Below are positions 27,530-36,846 of a stretch of DNA of 64,000 nt, in pieces (position 1 is the stretch's first letter; each line of letters opens with the position of its first letter). A program made the translations under genes and the position numbers. Source of the DNA: a candidate division WOR-3 bacterium (GTDB lineage: Bacteria > Hydrothermota > Tepidihabitantia > Tepidihabitantales > Tepidihabitantaceae); contig CBFGKH010000004.1 of NCBI GenBank assembly GCA_965649295.1, positions 1-64,000 on the forward strand, written 5' to 3'. The notes beneath the pieces are model-generated. The model did no database searches and was not told where the DNA came from. It saw nothing but the letters and a program-made list of their open reading frames with translations.

Positions 27530-29272
27530 TCAGAGAAAGAGCGGGACGATTCTAAAGCTACTGACATCGACCAAGCCACGGTCGGTCAGCTTCAACTCTG
27601 GAATTACCGGCAGGGCAAGAAAAGATAGGGAGATAAACGGATTGGCTAGCCGCGAACCCCAGACATGAGCTTTCTCAAGTAACCGATGCAATCCAGCCGC
27701 TACCTCGTCAGCACTGTTCTGAGACATAAGCCCAGCAATCGGTAACGGCAGACTTGCCGCTACCCTGCCGTCAGCCACTGCCACGTAACCACCGCCCAAT
27801 CGTTTGAGTTCTCTAGCTGCTTTTAGCATATCGGCGTCATTCGTGCCGACGACGATGATATTGTGTGAGTCGTGAGCAACGGTAGTGCCAAGCGCCCCCT
27901 TGCGCAAACCAAATCCCGACACTAGCCCGAGCCCAATTCGTCCTGTCGCCTTGTGCCGTTCGATAACTGCCAACTTGAGCACGTCGCGCTCCGGGTCAGC
28001 CACAACCAATCCTTTGACAACCTTCGGCTTCATCTGATGCTGCTCAGTGATAATCTGGTCTGGTACCAACCGAATCACCCGACACAGGTCGCCGGTGGCC
28101 TTGATTGCAAGGCTCTTGGCTGTCAGCGGCCGAATATGGACAGTATCAGTCACGCCCTTGTCTTTAGGCGCTGGCAGCTTGACCAACACGTGCCGGTCCT
28201 GGACTACCAGCCGACCGCGCTTGAACACCATTCGGACATTGAAACGGGGCAGTTCGCCGAGCACCACTAGGTCGGCGACATAGCCTGGAGCCACTGCTCC
28301 GCGATCGCGCAGTCCAAAGTACTCGGCCGGATTCAGCGTGACCATCTGAATCGCCGCAACCGGATTCATGCCTTGCGCCACCGCCTTGCGCAGGGTACCG
28401 TCCAAATAGCCGGCCCGCAGTAACTCCTCGGGATGCTTGTCATCGGTGACAAACATACAGCGCCGCACGTTGAACTCGTTAACAATCGGCAGCAACGCCG
28501 AAAGATTCTTGGCTGCCGAACCTTCCCGCACCATCACCCTCATTCCGGCCCGCAGCTTCTCGACCGCCTCCTGCGGCCCCACACACTCATGATCCGAACC
28601 CACCCCAGCCAGCACATAAGCCTGGAGGAGTTGACCGGTCACACCTGGTGCGTGACCGTCAACCGGCCTGCCCGCAACCTGCGCGACCGCAATCTTGGCC
28701 AACACTTCCTTGTCACCGAGCGCTGTCCCCGGATAGTTCATCACCTCTGCCAGTCCGATGACCCGGTCAAGCTTGAGCAGCTCGCGAATCTCTTTAGCAC
28801 CAAGACAGGCACCGGCTGTCTCCATCGCCGTCGCTGGCACACATGACGGCGCCAGCAGCAGTACGTCCACCGGCATATCCTCACTCGCCCGCAACAGATA
28901 CTTGACCCCTGCCACACCCAGCACATTGGCAATCTCATGCGGGTCAGCAACAACCGTAGTTGTCCCATGAATCAGTGCGAGCCGACAGAACTCGGGCAAC
29001 GCCAGGAGCGAACTCTCAATATGAATGTGGCCGTCAATGAACCCCGGCGCCACATATTGACCACCAATCTCCACGACCTCGTTTGCCTTGTCGTAGTCCG
29101 GCCCAACCCCGGCGATGATACCGTCCTTGATGGCAACATTTGCACGCACCGTCTCGCCGGTGAAGACATTCACTACCTGCCCACCATGAAGCAGGACATC
29201 GGCTGGTGCCTCGCCGCGGGCAACCGCCAGCAATGACCCAACTTCCTGCACCGCAGCTCGGCTCCCCGTCAT
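27530..29272 (-). CDS. ade: Adenine deaminase
   Basis: PGFIDGHIHIESS, DPHEIANV, DGHAPG, DHEC, REGSAAKN, TDD, AHDSHN. Confidence 0.95.
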   Translation of the reverse strand: MTGSRAAVQEVGSLLAVARGEAPADVLLHGGQVVNVFTGETVRANVAIKDGIIAGVGPDYDKANEVVEIGGQYVAPGFIDGHIHIESSLLALPEFCRLALIHGTTTVVADPHEIANVLGVAGVKYLLRASEDMPVDVLLLAPSCVPATAMETAGACLGAKEIRELLKLDRVIGLAEVMNYPGTALGDKEVLAKIAVAQVAGRPVDGHAPGVTGQLLQAYVLAGVGSDHECVGPQEAVEKLRAGMRVMVREGSAAKNLSALLPIVNEFNVRRCMFVTDDKHPEELLRAGYLDGTLRKAVAQGMNPVAAIQMVTLNPAEYFGLRDRGAVAPGYVADLVVLGELPRFNVRMVFKRGRLVVQDRHVLVKLPAPKDKGVTDTVHIRPLTAKSLAIKATGDLCRVIRLVPDQIITEQHQMKPKVVKGLVVADPERDVLKLAVIERHKATGRIGLGLVSGFGLRKGALGTTVAHDSHNIIVVGTNDADMLKAARELKRLGGGYVAVADGRVAASLPLPIAGLMSQNSADEVAAGLHRLLEKAHVWGSRLANPFISLSFLALPVIPELKLTDRGLVDVSSFRIVPLFL

Positions 29273-29823
29273 CGTTGTCCTCCTTCCGTCGGCTCCTCAA
29301 TATAGGCTACGTACGGCAGTTGCCGGAAACGCTCAGCAAAGTCTGCCCCATAGCCAACTACAAACTTGTCGGGAACCGTGAATCCCACATAGTCTGGGGT
29401 GATGGCCACGCGCCGACGCTCAGGTTTGTCCATCAGCGCTACAATCTTCAAGCTACGTGGCCGCCGCAACCGCAGATTGTCAATAATGTACTTCAGGGTG
29501 AGACCCGTATCGAGAATATCCTCGACCACCAGAACATCCCGACCCTCCAGCGGACACTTTAGGTCAAGCACAATCTTGACGACGCCCGAGGTCTTGGTGC
29601 TCTGACCGTAGCTGGAGACCGTCATGAAATCAATTAGCACTGGGATCGAAAGCTGCCGCACGAGGTCAGCTAGAAATACCCAGGAACCTTTGAGAATGCC
29701 GACAACCAGCAGCTCGCGGCCGGCGTAGTCGGCCGAAATCTGAGCACCTAGCTCGCGCACGCGCTGCGCGATGGCCGACTGACTAATAAGTTCTGTAGGG
29801 ATGATACTCTTTGGCTCAATCAT
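29269..29823 (-). CDS. hpt: Hypoxanthine phosphoribosyltransferase
   Basis: GILKGS, SSYG, VLVVEDILDTGLTL, FVVGYG.D. Confidence 0.95.
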   Translation of the reverse strand: MIEPKSIIPTELISQSAIAQRVRELGAQISADYAGRELLVVGILKGSWVFLADLVRQLSIPVLIDFMTVSSYGQSTKTSGVVKIVLDLKCPLEGRDVLVVEDILDTGLTLKYIIDNLRLRRPRSLKIVALMDKPERRRVAITPDYVGFTVPDKFVVGYGADFAERFRQLPYVAYIEEPTEGGQR

Positions 29824-29862
29824 GGCCGCTCGCAATAGCCAGACTGCTGGACTAAGGCCTGA

Positions 29863-29937
29863 TCGGGGCGACTGGATTTGAACCAGCGACCTCTTGGTCC
29901 CGAACCAAGCGCGCTAAACCAGCTGCGCTACGCCCCG
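29863..29937 (-). tRNA. tRNA-Pro (anticodon CGG); CCA not encoded
   Basis: Reverse complement CGGGGCGTAGCGCAGCTGGTTTAGCGCGCTTGGTTCGGGACCAAGAGGTCGCTGGTTCAAATCCAGTCGCCCCGA folds as a cloverleaf with TTCAAAT T-loop. Confidence 0.95.
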
Positions 29938-30023
29938 TAGCCGGGCAGTCTTCAGCCGCGAACCAGACCACCCGGAGTCGGATATCTTAGACCCAAACCC
30001 CGCCGAGTCAACTGCTGCCAGTG

Positions 30024-30350
30024 CTACCTGCCAACATTGCCCTCAATCACCACTGTGTTAGTGTGCAGCGTCAACGGCGACAGTATGATATTGAGAACAA
30101 AGTCGAGCGGCCCGAAATACTTGCGCACCCTGACACCGGTCAGATTCGCCCGACCGATCATCTCACCGGTACTGTTGTTCGTCAGCGGGATCAGTCCCCA
30201 CAGGACGTACCAGTTCCGCATCGTCACTTTGACGATTGTTGGTTCATCCGCAAGCAGGGTCACAGTCTGGCCCCGCGGTGCGTTCACTAGTACTGCACCG
30301 CAGTTGAGCAACATCAGCCCGATGCAGCCAACGATGATTGCTCTCGACAT
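30024..30350 (-). CDS. Small lipoprotein, Bor-like
   Basis: GGAGG SD; lipobox-like LLNC; WYVLWGLIPL motif. Confidence 0.6.
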   Translation of the reverse strand: MSRAIIVGCIGLMLLNCGAVLVNAPRGQTVTLLADEPTIVKVTMRNWYVLWGLIPLTNNSTGEMIGRANLTGVRVRKYFGPLDFVLNIILSPLTLHTNTVVIEGNVGR

Positions 30351-30394
30351 TGGCGGCCTCCTTTGAAGCGAGTCTATGCGCTGGGGAGCTAGTG

Positions 30395-31057
30395 TCAAGC
30401 GCTGTGACCAGAAACCGAACGCCGGCCACTCGTTCGCACAAACGGAACGAAGGCAACACTCATCAACGGCCGATGTATCAGACGTTTGCCGCGCCGCACG
30501 CCGAGCATCAGCACCTGACTGCCGGCCGGCCCGACCGGCACGACAATCCTGCCACCCTCGGTCATCTGCTCAACCAGTCGCATCGGCATCGCCTCAGCTG
30601 CCGCCGTCACAATCACCCGGTCATAGGGCGCAAACTCCGGCCAGCCTGCGTGCCCGTCGCCAATTCGGAACCTGATGTTGCGAAAATCAAGCCGGGAGAG
30701 AACCGCCTGCGCTTGCCGGGACAGTGACTCGATCAGTTCAACCGTATAAACCATCTTCGCCAGCATCGCCAGGATAGCGGTCTGATAGCCAGAACCGGTA
30801 CCAATCTCCAGCACCTTGCTCTGCGGCGTGACTTCTAGTGCCTCAGTCATCACCGCTACAATGTAGGGCTGAGAAATCGTCTGACCGCAGCCAATTGGCA
30901 GCGGATGGTCATCGTACGCGTGATGCCACTGGCTTTCGGGCAAGAAGAGATGTCGCGGTACGGCAGCCATCGCCGCCAGCACCCGTTCGTCGCGCACCCC
31001 GCGACTGGCAATCTGCTCCTCGACCATTCGTTGTCGGGCCAGCGTGAAGTCGTTCAT
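30395..31057 (-). CDS. pcm: Protein-L-isoaspartate O-methyltransferase
   Basis: VPRHLF, GQTISQPYIV, VLEIGTGSGYQTA, APYDRVIVTAAA, FVPF. Confidence 0.95.
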   Translation of the reverse strand: MNDFTLARQRMVEEQIASRGVRDERVLAAMAAVPRHLFLPESQWHHAYDDHPLPIGCGQTISQPYIVAVMTEALEVTPQSKVLEIGTGSGYQTAILAMLAKMVYTVELIESLSRQAQAVLSRLDFRNIRFRIGDGHAGWPEFAPYDRVIVTAAAEAMPMRLVEQMTEGGRIVVPVGPAGSQVLMLGVRRGKRLIHRPLMSVAFVPFVRTSGRRSVSGHSA

Positions 31058-31344
31058 CGGCCGAGCATAACCGGTTGTTCCCTGCCGGTCAAACAGCGAA
31101 TCTCCTCCTGGAGGCATTATTGGTCTTCAACCCGACGATTGGGTAACGGACGCAGCCAGCAAACAATCTTTCACAGATTCGCCGGCTGCACCAGGGCAAC
31201 AAGCGACACGTATTTCAAAGCCTGCCGGCACCACCAGAAACAAACGTAGCCAACCGAACATCGCTTGTGGCGATCACCAGACCAGAGCTCGATGCCTTCA
31301 CTGCCAGGTCTCGGGATTTCCTGACAACAATCGCAACCGGCCGC

Positions 31345-32091
31345 CTATCGTCCGATCGGTCGGTCGAGGTCGCCTGATTGTTCAGCCGCAAGGAAGTAGG
31401 CGACGGTCTCCTTGCTAACTGCCCGAATGTGCTCAGGCTTAGCCGCACCTGAAGCGATCATCTTCACCTCAACCTCGGCCAGCAGTGCCTTGCGGCGTGA
31501 ACGGCTTTGGGTTCGCGTCCGACTCAAGACGGCCCAGAGCTTGCGGGCATAGGCCTGCAACAGCGTCTCGGCAACGAGACCTGGCCCAAGCCGCTGCCTA
31601 TTGAAGAACTGCACAATGTGTCGGTGCAACCGATCGCGCCAGATCGCAGCCGCAGCATACCGCTGTGCCCGCCTGATACGGCTGCTGACCACTTCGGGCT
31701 GACTGGCCTCTGGCCCGCTGCTTTGGGCAAGCTTGGTGTCGTACTTGCGAGTGGCGCGCCTAATCGGTTCAGGTAAGCTCTCAGTCAATGTCGCCACCCT
31801 TCTCTGTGCTCGCCTCTCGGCTTGGACCGGCTGGCGCGTGTACTCATCTAGCAACGGCGCAATCTCGGCAAAGGTAGCCCGACAGGCCCGCAAATAGTCA
31901 GCCACAAACGCCAATGTAACGTGCTGTCTCTTGCCGAGTTCGAGCTCACCGATGTGGTTACCACCACGCTTGCCTAACCTACCCATTGCCAGCGCCAGCT
32001 CATCCCGGCTCAAACCAGCCCGGAGCCGCAGTTCTCGAAGCTTGCGGCCCAATGCTGCCTCGAACCGAAACGAATCAGCAGTCCGTTTCAC
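31345..32091 (-). CDS. XRE-type helix-turn-helix protein with long basic helical C-terminus
   Basis: LGRKLRELRLRAGLSRDELA...IGELELG; TTGAAA-17-TAGCAT 6 nt before GTG. Confidence 0.75.
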   Translation of the reverse strand: MKRTADSFRFEAALGRKLRELRLRAGLSRDELALAMGRLGKRGGNHIGELELGKRQHVTLAFVADYLRACRATFAEIAPLLDEYTRQPVQAERRAQRRVATLTESLPEPIRRATRKYDTKLAQSSGPEASQPEVVSSRIRRAQRYAAAAIWRDRLHRHIVQFFNRQRLGPGLVAETLLQAYARKLWAVLSRTRTQSRSRRKALLAEVEVKMIASGAAKPEHIRAVSKETVAYFLAAEQSGDLDRPIGR

Positions 32092-32486
32092 AAGGCGATG
32101 CTAACAGAGTGCTGCACCCATTTCAAGGTGCACAACCCAGTAACGCCAGTAGGACCTAAGCAATCTTCTGATCATCAGATAGCCAACTTTGCCTCAAACC
32201 ACCTCCCCTGTCCCCCGGATTACTCCCAGCGCTCAATCCCAAACTCATCACTAACAGGAATGCCAATAGCTGTCTTCGTCCCTTTTGGGGAGAGACTGAA
32301 CAAGTGCTACGGTTACCGTCAGTGCCGGAGCTATCAACGAGGCTCCCAACTGTGCCACCCAGCATGCCGTCGCGGCTGAGTTGACTTTGGCCTGGCGCTG
32401 AATCTCAATTGGTGCCTAAAGGAGAGTTCAGCGACAGCAGTAATAGCCAGCTTGCACTACTGCCACCAAAGCTTATCATTGAACGG

Positions 32487-33092
32487 ATGAAAGAAATCTG
32501 TATCCGTTGCGGCCGCAAGGCCCAGCGTTTCTGTCCGGCGCAGAACAACCGCATCTGCTCCCAGTGCTGCGGCCGGTCGCGTGGCCGCACCATCATCTGC
32601 CCTGATACCTGTTCCCACTTTGTCACCGGCGCCAGGACAGCATTGCGTCGGCTGGCCGAACTGTCGTCGGAGCCAAGGGTCGAACTCGACTACTCAGACC
32701 TGCTCCATAACTTACGGCTGGTTCTTGTCCAGCTCCGCCGCACCCGCCTAGCGAACATGACCGACGGCGAAGCCCAATCCGCACTCAACAACGTAGCTGA
32801 TACGATGCGTACCCGTCAGAGCGGCCTCATCTACGAGTTTCGCTCGCCTGATCCTCGCATCCAGTTACTGACCGACTCACTGCTCGACGTTGCCGGCCGG
32901 CACGAACGCGGTGAGGGCGGACTCCGTCGCTACGGTGTCGCCGATATTCGACGCTGCCTACTCCATCTGGTCCAGCAGATAAAACAGCTTGGCGAGCGCG
33001 GCAGCGGCTCGACAGACTGGCTTGAACTCATCTCTCAAACCGTCGGGCATAAGTTCACCGCCAATCCTGGGACATGGCTCGTTCAAAGATAA
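32487..33092 (+). CDS. Hypothetical protein with N-terminal Cys-rich (Zn-binding) domain
   Basis: CIRC..CPA..ICSQCCG..CPDTC. Confidence 0.65.
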   Translation: MKEICIRCGRKAQRFCPAQNNRICSQCCGRSRGRTIICPDTCSHFVTGARTALRRLAELSSEPRVELDYSDLLHNLRLVLVQLRRTRLANMTDGEAQSALNNVADTMRTRQSGLIYEFRSPDPRIQLLTDSLLDVAGRHERGEGGLRRYGVADIRRCLLHLVQQIKQLGERGSGSTDWLELISQTVGHKFTANPGTWLVQR

Positions 33093-33355
33093 CCGGCGAC
33101 ACGCCGATTGAGCTCATCCTCAGCCGCAATCCCGACGCAGCCCGGGTTTTTGTCCGACTCGGGTTGCCATGTTTTGTCTGCGGCGAACCGGCCTGGGGCA
33201 CAGTCGCCGAGCTCTGCCAGCGCCACCGAAAGGACCTAGAAGAGGTCTTGACTGAGCTCAATCGAATCCCGACTGCCGCTGGCCAGGAAACGAATGCGGC
33301 CGAATCGGCGTCTGATAAGACTGATGCCAAATCAGCAAAACCGCGGCGCCGCTGA
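33074..33355 (+). CDS. DUF1858-like small CxxC protein
   Basis: ITGDT.I..IL...P....VF...GLPCFVC. Confidence 0.7.
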   Translation: MARSKITGDTPIELILSRNPDAARVFVRLGLPCFVCGEPAWGTVAELCQRHRKDLEEVLTELNRIPTAAGQETNAAESASDKTDAKSAKPRRR

Positions 33356-33385
33356 TCGGTGCCGACACAATTCGGAGGAATCAGT

Positions 33386-34897
33386 ATGAACCGCCGAGTC
33401 TCCCTACGTCTCGTCGGTGCGATCCTAGCACCGGCTGTGCTTGCTGCTTTCGTGATTGGCCTGATTGTCGCTGGTGTGCTCAACCTGATGCCAAGTCGGG
33501 CCGCCGAGACAACCAACGTCACTGTCGCCGGGCCAGGACTTGCCCCGACTGAACACAGCCCGTTCGTTCAGGTTGCTGAGCTGGTTCTGCCCGCGGTTGT
33601 CAATATCTCGGCTGAGAAGACAGTCCGGCCTACACGCCGTTCCGACGGAAGCTTCGAACCTCGTTCGCCACTCGAAGAGCTGTTTCGTGACTTCTTCCGT
33701 GAATGGCCAGAGGTCCCCGAGTCAAGACAACAGAACTCACTCGGGTCCGGCGTTATCATCTCACCGGATGGCTACATTGTTACCAACAATCACGTTATCG
33801 CTGGCTTCGACAAGATCGTCGTTCGCCTCGCTGACGACACCGAATTCAAAGGCAAGGATGTCCGTGTTGTCGGTCGTGACCCGAAAACCGACCTAGCCGT
33901 CATCAAAGTCGAAGGAAAGAAGTCGCTGCCCAGTCTCAAGCTCGCCAACCCCGAACAAATCAAGGTCGGTGACTGGGCCATTGCGGTTGGCAATCCGTTC
34001 GGTCTTTCTGGTACGGTGACGGTCGGCGTTGTCTCAGCCAAAGGTCGGTCCGGCCTGCCCCTACCTGAAGGTCCGACCTATCAGGACTTCATCCAGACCG
34101 ACGCCTCAATCAATCCTGGCAACTCCGGTGGCGCCCTGGTGAACATCAAGGGCGAACTGATGGGCATCAACTCCGCAATTCGCTCACCGGTCGGCGCCAG
34201 CGTCGGCATCGGTTTTGCCGTGCCGGTGAACATTGTCAAATCGGTAACCGACCAGCTAATCCGTACCGGCAAAGTCGTGCGCGGCTACATGGGCATTCGT
34301 CCGCAGCCAGTGACTGACGCAATCCGTCGCGCTATGAATCTACCCGACACCAAGGGCGTGCTTGTCGCCGATGTCGTCGAAGGCGCACCGGCGGACAAAG
34401 CCGGTCTCAAGGCTGGTGACGTCATCGTTGCCGTCAACGGCCAGAAGACCGAAGGAGTCGAACAGTTCCGCCAGCAGATCGCCGATTTTGCACCCGGCAC
34501 CAGAATCTCGGTTTCGCTGGTACGCGACGGCAAGAGACTCACCCGCGAGGTGCGGCTCATCGAGTTTCCTGAAGACGAAACCACCACCGAGCCGGCAACC
34601 GGCGAAGAAACTGATGCCTGGCTCGGATTGTCGGTCCGCTCCCTGACAGTCGATGAGCGGCGTCAGGCTCGGGTCAGCGGCGGCGTCCTAGTCACTGCTG
34701 TCGAACCGGGCAGCGATGCAGCCGAAGCCGGCATCCAACGTGGCGACATCATCCTCGAAGCCGGCTCGCAGCCGATTGAAACCATCGCTGACTTCAATCG
34801 GGTAGCCCGCACTTACTCACGCTCTCGCCAGCCAATTCTCTTCCGCGTCAAACGTGGCAGCAGCCGCCTATTCATCGCGGTTGAGCCAACCAAGTAG
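33386..34897 (+). CDS. degP: Do/DegP (HtrA) serine endoprotease with two PDZ domains
   Basis: GSGVII, TNNHV, DLAVIK, IQTDASINPGNSGG, two PDZ domains. Confidence 0.93.
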   Translation: MNRRVSLRLVGAILAPAVLAAFVIGLIVAGVLNLMPSRAAETTNVTVAGPGLAPTEHSPFVQVAELVLPAVVNISAEKTVRPTRRSDGSFEPRSPLEELFRDFFREWPEVPESRQQNSLGSGVIISPDGYIVTNNHVIAGFDKIVVRLADDTEFKGKDVRVVGRDPKTDLAVIKVEGKKSLPSLKLANPEQIKVGDWAIAVGNPFGLSGTVTVGVVSAKGRSGLPLPEGPTYQDFIQTDASINPGNSGGALVNIKGELMGINSAIRSPVGASVGIGFAVPVNIVKSVTDQLIRTGKVVRGYMGIRPQPVTDAIRRAMNLPDTKGVLVADVVEGAPADKAGLKAGDVIVAVNGQKTEGVEQFRQQIADFAPGTRISVSLVRDGKRLTREVRLIEFPEDETTTEPATGEETDAWLGLSVRSLTVDERRQARVSGGVLVTAVEPGSDAAEAGIQRGDIILEAGSQPIETIADFNRVARTYSRSRQPILFRVKRGSSRLFIAVEPTK

Positions 34898-34909
34898 TAC
34901 GATGACGGC

Positions 34910-34947
34910 AAGGAGCGCTGGCTCGTTGCAGCCAGCGCTCCTTCTCC
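34910..34947 (+). terminator. Intrinsic terminator-like hairpin after degP
   Basis: 14-bp stem AAGGAGCGCTGGCT/AGCCAGCGCTCCTT. Confidence 0.7.
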
Positions 34948-35152
34948 GTTATGCAGCCAGCTATTGACCAAGCCTTGGTTTTGGGCAGAATAATCCATAA
35001 TAAAGGAGCTAGCTAGCGCGCATTCTGTTCTGAGTGTCGCCCCAACTTGTTGACACAGCGGCAGCGAGTAGGCTGCTATTCATCTATCAAACTGGCCACG
35101 TACCCGGTTGCGGGTTACTTGATGTTCAAGACTCATCGCAGGTGACTAAGCA

Positions 35153-36001
35153 GTGATTCTTGACGGCAAAGCACTGGCTCGCCAAATCCGCTCTGAGCTA
35201 GCAGTCACTGTTCAGGCACTAACTGCCCGCGGTCATCAACCCGGCCTACGGATTCTGCTGGTCGGCGACGACCCACCATCCCAAGTCTATGTTCGCAACA
35301 AGCTAAAGGCTGCATCCGCAATTGGCATTGATGCCCAGGTCTGCCACCTACCTGTCGGTACCGACGAGACGACCGCCGCTCAGGTCATCGCCGACTGGAA
35401 CAGAAATCCTCGCGTGAACGGCATCATCGTCCAACTCCCGCTGCCCGAACCGCTTGACGGCGAGCGGCTGATTAGCCAGATTGCACCGTCCAAAGACGTT
35501 GATGGCCTGACACCAACAAGCATCGCTGGTTTGGCTTCCGGCCGACCCAGCTTCCTACCCGCAACTCCGGCCGGCATAATCGAATTGCTCGTCCGTAACG
35601 GTATCACTATTCCAGGCAAGAGAGTTGTAATAGTTGGCCGTGGCGAACTGGTTGGTCGGCCACTGGCGCAGCTACTGCTGCTGCGCGGCGAGCGTGGGGA
35701 CGCAACCGTCACCGTCTGTCACACTAAGACCCGGGACCTTGGTGCGATTTGTCGTGAAGCCGAGATTCTCGTGGCGGCAGTGGGCCGACCCCAGCTGATT
35801 ACTGCTGCAATGGTGTCGCCGGGCGCAGTTGTTGTTGACGCCGGCACAAGCGAGGTTAACGGCCGGCTGGTTGGCGATGTTGACTTCGCCGCCATCGAAC
35901 CTATCGCCCAAGCGATCACACCAGTACCGGGTGGAGTTGGGCCAATGACAGTAGCAATGCTGCTTGTTAACGTGGTCAAAGCCGCTCGCCTTCAAGAATG
36001 A
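35153..36001 (+). CDS. folD: Methylenetetrahydrofolate dehydrogenase/cyclohydrolase
   Basis: ILDGK, YVRNK, GIIVQLPLP, KDVDG, TPVPGGVGPMT. Confidence 0.95.
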   Translation: MILDGKALARQIRSELAVTVQALTARGHQPGLRILLVGDDPPSQVYVRNKLKAASAIGIDAQVCHLPVGTDETTAAQVIADWNRNPRVNGIIVQLPLPEPLDGERLISQIAPSKDVDGLTPTSIAGLASGRPSFLPATPAGIIELLVRNGITIPGKRVVIVGRGELVGRPLAQLLLLRGERGDATVTVCHTKTRDLGAICREAEILVAAVGRPQLITAAMVSPGAVVVDAGTSEVNGRLVGDVDFAAIEPIAQAITPVPGGVGPMTVAMLLVNVVKAARLQE

Positions 36002-36846
36002 CGGAGATTCGGGTCAGAATGACGGCAGACCGCCGGCTCATCAATCAGGCTCTAAGCCAGACGCTCAATCTGGGCAGGAAGGTTCCGGCCCGACTGCGCC
36101 AAGCAATGCGCTACGCCGTGCTCGGTCCAGGCAAGCGTATCCGGCCACTGCTATTACTCTGGGCGTACCGGGCTGCTGGTGGGCGCACCCTGCACCCAGT
36201 ACTGCCGTTCTGCTGTGGTATCGAGTTCATCCATGCCTTCTCCCTTGTTCATGATGACCTGCCGGCAATGGACAACGACGACTTCCGTCGCGGCCGACCC
36301 AGTCTCCATCGTCGCTTCGGCGAATCAACCGCCATTCTAGCTGCTGACGGCCTATTTGCGCTCGCCTTCGAACTTTTTGCTCGGTCCTCGGCTACTGCTG
36401 AGCGACGTCTTGCCGCAATCACGACCATTGCTGCAGCAGTCGGCCCAGCCGGCATGACCGCCGGCCAGTTCACCGACACGACAGCTGGAACGCAAATCTC
36501 CACCCAACGACTGCTGCGCACGCAGGAACAGAAGACAGCCGAGCTGCTCGCCGCTGCGCTGGTCGCCGGCGCGATACTCGGCGGCGCCGACCAGCACTGT
36601 CAGCGACAGTTGCGGCAGGCCGGGATACACCTTGGCCGACTCTTCCAGATAACCGATGACCTACTCGACGCTGAACAAGCAAGTGACAGTCGTGTTGCCA
36701 CCATGGTCTCGCGATATGGCCGCGAAAAGACCCGCCATCTCGCTAGCCTCGAAGCAACCAAAGCAACTACCATCTTTAACGGACTTGGTGCCAGTTACAA
36801 GCTACTGGCCAGTATTCCTGCGCTGATTCTCAATCGCAAGACCTGA
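35998..36846 (+). CDS. ispA: Polyprenyl (farnesyl/geranylgeranyl) diphosphate synthase
   Basis: GKRIRP, SLVHDDLPAMDNDDFRRG, FQITDDLLD. Confidence 0.9.
   Translation: MTEIRVRMTADRRLINQALSQTLNLGRKVPARLRQAMRYAVLGPGKRIRPLLLLWAYRAAGGRTLHPVLPFCCGIEFIHAFSLVHDDLPAMDNDDFRRGRPSLHRRFGESTAILAADGLFALAFELFARSSATAERRLAAITTIAAAVGPAGMTAGQFTDTTAGTQISTQRLLRTQEQKTAELLAAALVAGAILGGADQHCQRQLRQAGIHLGRLFQITDDLLDAEQASDSRVATMVSRYGREKTRHLASLEATKATTIFNGLGASYKLLASIPALILNRKT

Noticed and set aside
29863..29937. tRNA-Pro as an integration site for a genomic island
   Set aside because: No duplicated tRNA 3' end or integrase noticed; the neighbours are hpt and a small lipoprotein gene
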